Shown here: one piece after another, positions 47,768 to 58,299 of the stretch | How the letters are laid out: each line of letters begins with the position of its first letter | Position numbering within the stretch: the stretch's first letter is position 1 | Assembly: GCA_004764695.1 (NCBI GenBank) | Contig: SMSO01000034.1 | Span: forward strand, 992,001-1,056,000 | Direction: 5' to 3' | DNA: 64,000 nt | DNA from: Schizochytrium sp. TIO01 | Lineage: Eukaryota; Protista; Bigyra: Labyrinthulomycetes | Notes under the pieces: generated by a model | What the model was told of the DNA's origin: nothing | What the model saw: the letters and a program-made list of their open reading frames with translations, nothing else | Databases searched by the model: none | Made by a program: the position numbers and the translations under genes

Positions 47768-49186
47768 TTAATCCAAATTTATCATCACAAGGGCCACAAA
47801 CATACCGGTTGCGAAGGTGAATGCTGATATACGACTTGCAGGGCTGGGAGTGAACGGGAACGGGAATTCTACAGGAGGAAGAGTAGGGTTTTCCGTCGGA
47901 GCAATCGTAATGACTTCAATAGAAGTTGGTGCAGTCGTGGATACTGTAGGTGAAGCAGAACTAGGTGTCGTGGGCGAGTCTGTAATTGTTGTAGGCGAAA
48001 TCGTGGTGGGCGTGGGTGAAGTAGTAAACTCCGTCGGTGAAGCAGTAGGCGAAGTCGGTGATACAGTAGGCGAAGCAGTAGAAGCAACTGGAGAAGTAGT
48101 CGGGGCTGTCGGAGAAGCAGTATTGGCAACTGGAGCAGTAGTGGGGCTTGTCGGCGAAGTAGTAGGGGCTGTCGGTGGAATTGTCGGTGTAGTTGGGGAT
48201 GCCGTAGGTGTAGATGAGTCATAGAATTTAAGAAAGCTCGAGCTTCCTGTTGCAGCCGCAACGTTGCTCTTAATCCAGCTCTCATAAGTCGAAACGCGTG
48301 TGTATACGTCAGGGTAACTGGCTGTGTCAGCACACTCTATACCCCAAGATACTATTCCCATTACAATCTCCTCGCCAGCTCGAGTTGCAACCAACGGACC
48401 ACCTGAGTCACCGCTGCAAGAACCCTTCTTGTAGTTGTAAGTACAGACTTGCAAATCTAAATCAGTTGGAATGCCAACTGTATTAAACTGAGTAGCACAG
48501 CTAGAATCCGATATTAGGTTCACTTTGACTTCGCGAAGTAACCCATCCATACTTTGCGTAGCATAAGAGGTAATTCCATAGCCAGTAACCGTGAGAGTCT
48601 CACCAACAACCAGATTTAGATCAGAAGACGCCAGTATCGGAGTGCTGGGTCCGGAGAAGGTTGTATCATAAAATGTCAAGATACCAATATCGTTTTGGAT
48701 TGTTGAAGGGTCATAGCTTGCATGGTATCTTTTGGATGTGTATTGACTCAAATAGTACTCATCGCTCTTTATAGTTTCTGCATAGGCTGAATCGAAATTG
48801 AAAAAGGCCGCTGCATATGTGAAATCACCCACAATGCAGTGAGCAGCAGTAAGGATGGCATGATAATTATTGTTACTCCCAATGTAGCTGCCTCCACAAA
48901 TTGTTGCATAGCCTGTTGTTTGATCAACGAAGAGGATACCAACCATCCATTCCCGATTCGTTGCATCAACGGTATACCCGCCAATAATGCGTGAAGAAGC
49001 AAACTCTTTTCGTGCAAGAGGAAGAATCTTGTCGACGGTGCTATTCGGTTCAATTGCGAACGAAACTGGAGAAGCATAAACTGCGTCGCCCTCCCGTGTT
49101 TGGAAAGTTGGCATTAGTTTCGCATGAACAATCGAAATCATGGCCACAGCAAAAATGCACAAGGTTGTAGACCTTAACAGCCACAT
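47768..49186 (-). CDS. S1A serine protease, array copy 9; G189/D226, long degenerate Thr/Ser/Pro stalk
   Basis: Signal peptide, R-IIGG, TAAHC, NDIGIL, KGSCSGDSGGP, YPDVYTRV, (T.SPT)n stalk, hydrophobic tail. Confidence 0.93.
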   Translation of the reverse strand: MWLLRSTTLCIFAVAMISIVHAKLMPTFQTREGDAVYASPVSFAIEPNSTVDKILPLARKEFASSRIIGGYTVDATNREWMVGILFVDQTTGYATICGGSYIGSNNNYHAILTAAHCIVGDFTYAAAFFNFDSAYAETIKSDEYYLSQYTSKRYHASYDPSTIQNDIGILTFYDTTFSGPSTPILASSDLNLVVGETLTVTGYGITSYATQSMDGLLREVKVNLISDSSCATQFNTVGIPTDLDLQVCTYNYKKGSCSGDSGGPLVATRAGEEIVMGIVSWGIECADTASYPDVYTRVSTYESWIKSNVAAATGSSSFLKFYDSSTPTASPTTPTIPPTAPTTSPTSPTTAPVANTASPTAPTTSPVASTASPTVSPTSPTASPTEFTTSPTPTTISPTTITDSPTTPSSASPTVSTTAPTSIEVITIAPTENPTLPPVEFPFPFTPSPASRISAFTFATGMFVALVMINLD

Positions 49187-52100
49187 GGTTTATACTTGCT
49201 CCGCTCACTACTGCAAAGTGTCCTTACTTTATTTTTCTCAGTATGAAGTCCTTTCTCAGCTTTCTTGGAATTCTCTAAACTATTGAGTTGCAGTTCTGCA
49301 TTTGCTTGGTACTGGGCATCGTCAAGAGTCCTAGAGATAGATGAGAGAACAAAATAACAAAATATTCTGACCTTGTTAGGAAGAATTAAAAATATGTTGC
49401 GTTTGTTGGTGAATGTTTTTATTAGTTGATCCGGCAAATTATACCTCTATTAGTTAGCGAAAGATTTTATCCTTCTAACCTTAGCGCATTCCTATTACAT
49501 GATTTCGAAAGAAAAGTCGAATTATTCTGACACTAGCATCCTGTCTATGCACCGCTCTCAGGCAAAGAGGATGCAGCACTGAATCACGAGTAAGTGATCA
49601 TCGTGTCGCTCCATAGAAAATGTTCTTGTTTTTTTCTATTTAAAGTTTTACACGCGTCATATGAATAATCTGTCTGCTGTATTGCATAACTGCGTTTTCT
49701 TCCAGAGTCGTGCTCATGAAAACCATTGACAAACTTCAAAGGGAGTATAATGCACAATTACACGAGAAGGTTCGTAGGAAATTACGAAAGAACTGTATTT
49801 GAAAAGTTGGGCGTGCGCATTTCTCAAATCCTTCCAACTAAGTTGGCCATAAATTTGAGGAGAGAGTGAGCTTAATTTCATGTAACCGTATTCACATTCA
49901 ACCCACTTCCTACGTACCCTCTGGAAAGCGAATCATTGATTGCAAACCTCCCATTAAATTTGTTCTCTTTCTCTCAAGATTGTCTGTGTCTTTTAATTAA
50001 TTAATACAACTATGGATAACTTGATAGTCATATTCTGATCTTTAAAAGGTGTTCATATGATACGACTATTCTAAGCCCGTGATTTTTTGCTAAAAATGTC
50101 TCAAGAACGAACAGAAAACAGATGATCATATCTTTCCGATGACAAACACAACAATGATCGGTATTGGTGGACCGCACTAAACAAACCACCAGCAACAAGC
50201 AAATAATATTATAAATTTATACATTTGTTGCGAAATTCTCTTTTAGACTACCCATGCAGCTGCTACTATGCTACCAAGCTACCGATTGTTATTAATAAAA
50301 TAGTACTAGTATGCTGGAATTGAAGGGTGCAATGATGTCAAGAATGCTACCTAATGCATATAATTGGAAGTAGTTCTCTCCCGCTTTTAGGAACCATTTG
50401 CAATGTTTTGCATATGGTAGTGCTCAGTCATGCTGGAATTTGACCAGCGGAGCTTGAAACGATTAGCTATTCAGGAGTTGCACTCCCAGTACTACACAGG
50501 TTCTGGTCATCAGATGAATATGTTTGGTTAGACTTGGAGGCTTTTCCTTCCTCTGGTTCAAATGAACAAGGATTATTTTGACATCAAGACCATAGTCTAG
50601 CTTTGCGTGCACCGCCGCAGGCTGTACTTAGACGTAGCTTGCACCTACCTACGTATGGGTCTGTCAAACAACAGTGGCCGACAGTGTATCAAGACGGAAG
50701 ATATTTCAGATATTTCAGATATTTCAGAGTGAGTCAAATTCAGTAGATGCACTCGATCTATTTAGACGAAATCTACTTATAATGTTTACCTTCGAACTAC
50801 AGTCGCTATCGCTTGAAAGGATGCACATTCTTACAGCACGAAAAGTCAGCACGCTGTTTCCTTTTCACTCTTTCGATCTTTCACTCGTTCATTCTTGGCA
50901 CTTTGCGTTAAACATTTACATAGAGTGACTACAAATCGATGGTGTGCACCTTAATTTTTTGGTCCAGCAGATTCCAGCATAAGTCGTGAATGTTGCCCCA
51001 TTCAGAGAGAAAGATTGGGGTTGCCCTAGCGAGAGTGATTAGTAGTAGTACCTACGAGGGGATATCAATGAATCATACCTTCTTACTTGAGTTTGTACCA
51101 AAAGGATTATCCGGAGTAGTTTATCGCTAGTGAAGATGACTTTCCTTATTACATATTGCCTGGATATCATAGTTCCTTGAGTGTAAACGAAGCTATGAAG
51201 CGCTAATGCTTAGGACGAGAATGAATACAGGAAGAATTTACTTATTGAGAACTGGCGCAGGTGGCTAATCGTCACCAGGTCAGCAGCTGGTAAATTGAGA
51301 AGAACTAACCTTGCAGTTTCCAGCAAAACTGGAATGTTGTGACTTCTTCATTTGTTGAGATACCTTTCACGCGCTGACTTTGGAACTTTGAATAAGTTAC
51401 ATATAGAAATCCTAGAAAGTGCCGCCAATCCCAATTATCAACTACTCTAATCAACCCTTTGACTTGGGAAAACCCTGAAGTCATGATAACCACTCACCAT
51501 AGCTGAAGGCCTGTCCATGGAATCTAGGAAACAACAATACGTTTAAGTCGTACAACAGAAGCAAAATTGTTCCTGACGATTCTATATCGGAGACTATCTG
51601 GCATATTCTTGTAACATTTCCAGTGTCAAGTTAAGAGAATTAATCTGATTCATAGCTTTTGAATCGAAAAGTGTTACCTTAGTGAGAAATGTACAAATGT
51701 CATACTGTTCGGTTCCCTTCCGAGAAGCAGGCTATTAGCGTGTGTGTCAACTAGGACAAAATACTCTGTGCATGTCCTCTACAGTTTATTAGTTTGTTAT
51801 CACCGAATGTAAAATACTCATAATTCTGGGAGACACTCTCCGTCGTGCGGAGGCGCGGGACTCCGCAGCGATCAGCAAGGTATAACTAATTAGGGCTCTG
51901 CGATCTACTTGAAATAGTAAACACCAGAGCTGACGGAATTCGTCAAAAAAAGGTTAAAAAACAGAATTTTAGCATCACTTTTATCAGACAATCTATGTCA
52001 GGGTAGCAGTAGCGTCACCGTTGCTACGAGGGAAACGGAGTTCCGTATAACTTTTAAAAGAAGTTGGACAGAATGGGCATGGAAGCTTTGCTTTTACTAA

Positions 52101-52262
52101 AAGCTGAAGCAGAGAAAGATGTTTTGTATACCCTCTAATTTGTGAGGGTGTAGTATGGGTGGGTGGAAAACCTAGTAAAACAGATTGGTGGCATGAGACA
52201 ATTAAAAGGCGGGTTGTGAGACTACCTTCGCGCTATTTATAATGTGAGCTATTCGAGACTGG

Positions 52263-53474
52263 TCAACGAGCGAAAAGGTTAAAATAGCAAGAGAGGAGCA
52301 ACACTATAAATGAAAGCTTCCACAGAGGCCGATCAACACTCGAACTTGACGGAGATGATGGTGATGATGCGGTGGTTGAAGAATATTCAGTTCCGTTGTA
52401 AAAGCGAACAAAAGAACTGGTACCACAAATATTCTCAACATTAGTCTTAATCCACGACTCATAAACAGAAACTCGGGTGTATACATCAGGATATGTGGGT
52501 TCGGTATCCGCACATTCAACACCCCATGAAACTAGTCCAACGACAACCTCACTTGAGTTACGGGTTGCAATGAGTGGGCCACCTGAATCTCCACTGCACG
52601 ATCCTTTACCTGTGGACATAGCACACAGCTCAACATCCATATCGACAGAGATTCCGCCTTCGGTATAGATACTCTCGCATTCAGAGTCAGATATGAGTGC
52701 TAGATCTACCTCGTGTAGTTGATAATCTTTATCTGCCTCCGGGGTATAATCATCGTATGGTTCATTATACACAGTGTTACCATACCCGGTGACAATTACG
52801 CTTTCACCTGTTTCAAGTGTCATATTTTCACTTGCGAGGGTTGCTGGTGTTGTCGTCTTTAGGTTAGAGTCGGTGAAGGTGATGATTCCGATGTCGTTTG
52901 TGATTGATGAAGAATCATAGTCAGAATTGATGATTTTGCTCGAGTAACTGCTCAACATGTACAAATCAGTATCTGAATCTAGATCATTGAGATCATTCAA
53001 GTTAAAAAACGCATACGCTTTGTGAATAGAGTCTGCAAGGCAGTGTGCGGCTGAGAGGACAAAGTGGTAGCCATTAGCACTGCCAATATAATTTCCGCCA
53101 CAAAGAACCTCTTCATAGCTGTTTCCTCCACGGGGAATATACATAATAAGAGCTACAAACCAGGATCGCTCACTTGGATTCACTGTCACACCACCAATAA
53201 TTCTGGAGCTTACGATGTCTCGAGCTAAATCTGCAAGATCACTTGTATTGCGAGTTGGGAGGCTTGCATTCAAATCCATAACAAGGCCGATATCATCGTT
53301 TGCCATCCTTCGGCGGCCATCTGCGTCACCATCACTATTGTCCAAGTATACCATCCTGGTTTGAGGAGCGCGGGTAGAAATACCCTTGGCGTCTGCAGTC
53401 TGGATTTCTAACGCCAAGCATAATAGCAAAGAGAATGCAGCTACTATAGCACGTTTCATTGTGGGGATCATCAT
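52263..53474 (-). CDS. S1A serine protease, array copy 10; G189/D226
   Basis: Signal peptide, R-IIGG, SAAHC, NDIGII, KGSCSGDSGGP, YPDVYTRV, Ser-rich linker, hydrophobic tail. Confidence 0.93.
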   Translation of the reverse strand: MMIPTMKRAIVAAFSLLLCLALEIQTADAKGISTRAPQTRMVYLDNSDGDADGRRRMANDDIGLVMDLNASLPTRNTSDLADLARDIVSSRIIGGVTVNPSERSWFVALIMYIPRGGNSYEEVLCGGNYIGSANGYHFVLSAAHCLADSIHKAYAFFNLNDLNDLDSDTDLYMLSSYSSKIINSDYDSSSITNDIGIITFTDSNLKTTTPATLASENMTLETGESVIVTGYGNTVYNEPYDDYTPEADKDYQLHEVDLALISDSECESIYTEGGISVDMDVELCAMSTGKGSCSGDSGGPLIATRNSSEVVVGLVSWGVECADTEPTYPDVYTRVSVYESWIKTNVENICGTSSFVRFYNGTEYSSTTASSPSSPSSSSVDRPLWKLSFIVLLLSCYFNLFAR

Positions 53475-53815
53475 TTCTATGAATATTAATAAACAGTGGG
53501 GCGCTGCGCTCCGTTTCCTTGTAGCTTCACCAATTTCCTTGGTGCTTTTGATGTATACAGCTGTTCTGCTGCCAGGTCTCTGTTTTAGCTCGGTTCTCCA
53601 CGAGCCGTTGGTGTAACTCTTTACAGCTTACGTTGCAAGACAGATTTCATACGTGGACGTCTCTACACGAGTGTCAGCTTTGCACACAGTCTTTGGGGTC
53701 ACAGCGGACAATAACCAACTCTGCCTTTCGGTCACACACAGATGGTCAAACTTAGCAGTGCGAGAGCGTGAATATGACGCAGAACCAGCTGTCTAGCCGA
53801 GCCGTCAGCCAGAGA

Positions 53816-53850
53816 AGAGCAGAGCAGAGCAGAGCAGAGCAGAGCAGAGC
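53816..53850. repeat. (AGAGC)n pentanucleotide microsatellite
   Basis: 7 units upstream of protease copy 10. Confidence 0.93.
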
Positions 53851-55558
53851 AAAGCCGGAGCAGAGGGTATGTCGAAAGGAGCAATGTGCAAGCCGCAGTA
53901 AGTACTGGTACGTTCTCCTTCTGCTTTTCCCTTGACGAAGGCCGCCAACGAGACGACACCGACGGCTGGCGAGCAAACCGGTCCTGCAGCTGGCACGGTG
54001 TTTGCAAGTGAGGGTTTTGGACGCCGGGCGACCAGGAATCGAAGGCGATCGACCGATCCCCGATCGATCTCGATGGCCGATCTCAGCACAACGACTCTGT
54101 TTCTAAGGGTTTGTTTTATTGGGCAGAAAGAGGTCAGCGAGCAGGAAGCGGCGTTCTTTTTTGCTCTTTCCTTCTCACAAAAAGAGAGACGATAAATAGA
54201 TAAATAAAAACAAAGAAAGAATATGCTGCCTCAAGAGGAGGTAGCTACTACTAACACTACTTCTGTTTGCAGATTGTTGTTGCCATGAAAGAGATTGGCT
54301 GAAAGAAAACCATTGAGATGAGTTTCTTCAATCTGTACTGCCTGGCAAGAAAGCCTTCTTGAGCCGAGGGCTGTGCGATGCAATGGCAGGCCGCTTATGG
54401 TTTGCAAAGGGAAGTGGGGGAAAAGATGGTCCTCTTGTGATTAATTAGCTAGTTTGTGGCGCCAGAGCAACTGAGTGTTCCTCGATGTGTTGTGCAACAA
54501 TTCTGAAATGTTTACCAATACCTACAATTATTCAACTAACTTTGCAGGTGAAACTAAGAATGATAAAAACTATTGATTGCTTCTTCCTTCTGCCTTTCAT
54601 TGCTCTCGTCGAAGAGTTTCGTGGTTTCCATTGAGTGATGATTAATCGAGGGCAGTTCACAACGAATTCGTGGAAGGAGGCCTGGGTCTGAACGGTATTC
54701 GCAGCTCTGGTTTTGAAGAGGTTTATTGAATTACATTACACAGCAGGGATGTATCGCGCAGCGACTTTGACGGAACTTCCTCTCCTCTTCATTCAAGACG
54801 ATTAAGGAAATGGATTGATCAGCAAAAGCTAATGAATGAATAATACCTATTCGCGAGAACCGAGATATTCCTCTTTCACGCAAGGTTTCTTAGAGGTCAG
54901 CCTGGTCAACATTATGATGTCCTGCACCGTGATTTTGGCGCGGTGGGAACCTCGATCATAGCTGAACAGAGGCACCGTATAAATCTCAATGAGATGACAG
55001 GCCTTGAGAAACGCACACATTTTACTAAGTAGTGATGCTCCACTCAAATGATTATTCTCTTTTTCAATTAAAGCTTCATGAAAACATTTTAAAATTAATT
55101 AAAACGACAACCATGAAAAAAATATCTATATGAAACATAAACCCAGAGGAGAAGTAAATAGTTATGGAAACCGCTTGTGAAATGAAGTCAAACCCACGCA
55201 ACTGCCATGGAGATCACGCCTCTCCTCGCACACTCCATATTAAGAGCTCTCCAGACCAGCTTGCAACTGCTTTGCACGCAATATACGCATCGCTCTTAAA
55301 ATCTAACCGATTAATGGATTGCAACTGACCAGCAAATTTTTGCGAGAACTAAGTACTAAGAATGCGGTGGTCGATTGAATTCTCCAAGAAGCAGACGGCC
55401 TTAGACATATTTCTTTTCCCCTCAAGTTGAACTTGGAGCCGTCTAGAGCTGACTCGAGTATTATTGCCCAAGAAAGAATCTTAAGTAGCCTCTAGAGTCG
55501 AACCAGCTTATAAAAGACCTTAAAAGACAGGACCTGCAATCAGAAGTTGCGCTGCTTT

Positions 55559-55582
55559 TTCTTCTTCTTCTTCTTCTTCTTC
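55559..55582. repeat. (CTT)n microsatellite
   Basis: Read directly. Confidence 0.85.
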
Positions 55583-56426
55583 GTCTTTCAATAAAGAGTT
55601 CCGAATTGAAGAGAATGTCTGTTTAGAGCAAGATGTATTTAATAGAGCAAGATGAATTTAAAAGTAGATAGTTCCTGCCATCAACCCAAATAAATATTCT
55701 TTTGAGACATCTTTCAATTAAAACTTAAAAAGGGTATAAAGTTCAGGTTCTGCACGACCTCGAAGAATCGTCGTGAGAAGTTGGCGGTGACCATTTCCGA
55801 CTCACGCCACGCCACCAAGCGAGCGAGCGAGCGAGCGAGTGAATGAGCTGCTTCAAGTTGAGGTAGCAAGCTAGCCAGCTATAGCTCGGCCTGGCAACTA
55901 ACTCACTTCCTAGCTGTGTCTGGGCCAAGCAAGATTGATGGCAAAACCCACGTTCAAGGTTCAAGGTGAACCTGAAGCAGACTCGACTCTGAAGCAAGCA
56001 AACGATAGCAAGCAATTCCAAAACGCCACCGTGTAAAACGTCGGCGGCCTTCCAGAGCTACTGCCCCTCGTTGTGGGAATCTCGCTGGTCGGAGGCAGTG
56101 GAAATGGAGTTCGTCGCGGCCTTCGTTAAAGTCTGATCGGCCAGACATCGTAGAGACCGGCCTTTACAATGGCCAATTTGACGTCATTCAATAGCGACGG
56201 CCTCGTGTCGCGGGAAGCCACCCATCTCGAGATCGACGCCGCCAAATCGAGAGATCGGATGGTGAAGCTTTCGACCTTGTCCTGGGCCCACTCGTTCAGG
56301 TCAGCTTGACGGCATTCACAAGCGACATGAACGATGCGGCAAGTCTCATGGAGTACTGGTACACATCTCGAACTTGGACAAGCACGGCATTGCATTCGCT
56401 CCAAGAGCGTAAGTGATTCGCAAACC

Positions 56427-56427
<1 letters not shown>

Positions 56428-56469
<42 letters not shown>
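56428..56469. repeat. (CTG)n microsatellite
   Basis: About 14 TGC/CTG units within a GC-rich intergenic island. Confidence 0.95.
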
Positions 56470-56472
<3 letters not shown>

Positions 56473-58299
56473 TGATTGAGGTTTCTGACCTCAATCATCA
56501 TGAGATTGACAACGGGGCCAATGCCGACGGCTCAGTGAGGATTCAGCTGCCTGACCGCCTCGAGACTTGTAGGCCGTGCTCCGTGAAGACAGCGTGCTTG
56601 GCGATCCAAAGCAAAGGCGCTTGTGGTCTCTGTTTTCGCCATGGGCGGCAACGGTGAACGGTGACTTCGATTGCCTTAGCACAGATCACATTGGCGGTGG
56701 AGATCCTGAGAAGTTCACCGAGTGAAGCGAAGGTCTGCTCTGGCAGTTGGCAGCTCGAGCCGTCGAAGTCGGCATTCGAGAGTGAGCGTACGACCGGTCG
56801 TAGGATTGTGGCTTCAGCTTCGAGCTGCTCAGGATGCCGTGGACGAACTGCCAGGTAGATGGATATCGATACGCGTGTCGCACGGGTGTTACGGTCGAGT
56901 GTTTGTTTGCGATGTCACTCACATTCGCTGCCAAATTTGTTGTGTCCGCCTGACACAAAGGTGAGGAATTCCAAACAATTCCAGGACGATCACCGCCCAC
57001 TTCAACTATAGACAAAATACACAAACAAGACGGGGCACCAAAGCGGAAGGTCTCAAGCTTGCAGGTATTGCATAGTTGCTTAATTGCCTGAGGGCTTGAT
57101 TGATTGCAAGCTTGTTGCTCCTCTGAGATGCAGGAAAGATGGCAGGCTATGGCAGAAGGTGGAAGACCTACAAATATGACAGTATTCATTTATGGATCGT
57201 ACAAACATTGAATCACTGTTCTTTTTATTCTTCGAGGCGCCTCTCCTACTACTTAAGGTTTACATAAAATGAAAGCTATTTTAAAATATTTATCGGGTCG
57301 GCCTATACCCATATATGTAAAGTAACCTGCTAATGCTTCTTATGGCTGCGATCATTTTCTGATTGTTTACACCAATTTTTTTTCTTCTTGGGTAGTAATT
57401 TGGTTATAATTCAGATCTGTTCTTCCTTGGTTTATTTTAAGATTTAAAATTTACCGAAAGTTAATTTTTTCCTCTTTTTTTTTAATAATGGTATTTGCAA
57501 AAATGTTTTTTGTTTAAATTGAAAGGAAAGGTGTGCTGCGGATTCCCAGGTGACGATGCCAACGTGGGGTGAGTGCCAAGGAATCCAACACTATGTTTAG
57601 GGAAAAATTGGCGACACAAGTGCGAGAATATAATATCACATAAGCTTATATATTGAACTTTGTAAAAGAATGAATAGACAAATCAAAGATCTTTGTGCAA
57701 AATAAAGTTCTTCAGAATATGACTTGACTTGTCGAAGAACCATTTATTAGGAATGCTAGATTGTGTCACACTGTCACACCACGCAAAGCAAACAAATAGT
57801 AGTTATGAAATCACCCAGTTCTAAAAATTAGGAGCTAATTAACAGTTCTTTTGCAGAATGTCTCGACACTTGCTCTCGCGATGTCCAATAACAGAGCCCA
57901 AGAAAAGCAGTCGGGTTTCGCCTAATTTAATGCGCCGTTTGATGGTGTTTGATATTGTATGCAGTCAAAATTGCTCTCTCTCTATCAGGTTACAAGTCCT
58001 TTTCTTTTTTTTTTGAATAATGTGAAATATCATGATCTACTTGAAGAAGGTCATGAAGACCTTCGTAAGCTTAAAGCGCTTGAAATGGAGGATACAAAGA
58101 AAACTAAAACTATGTTTTTTTAGAGTCACACTACAACTTTGTTGTAGTAAACAGACATTCCCGCGCACCGTTTGCAATGACAAACTGGTGTTTACAGCAG
58201 CCAATATCTAATATGCTAATTTTGACTGGGTGTGCTGATGGAATGACATGCGCTAATCAGGTTAAATGTAATGCCTCTTTTTTACAAGGAAAGGCTTGT

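Noticed and set aside
47817-48224. VG-rich ORF
   Set aside because: Antisense of the Pro/Thr stalk of copy 9.
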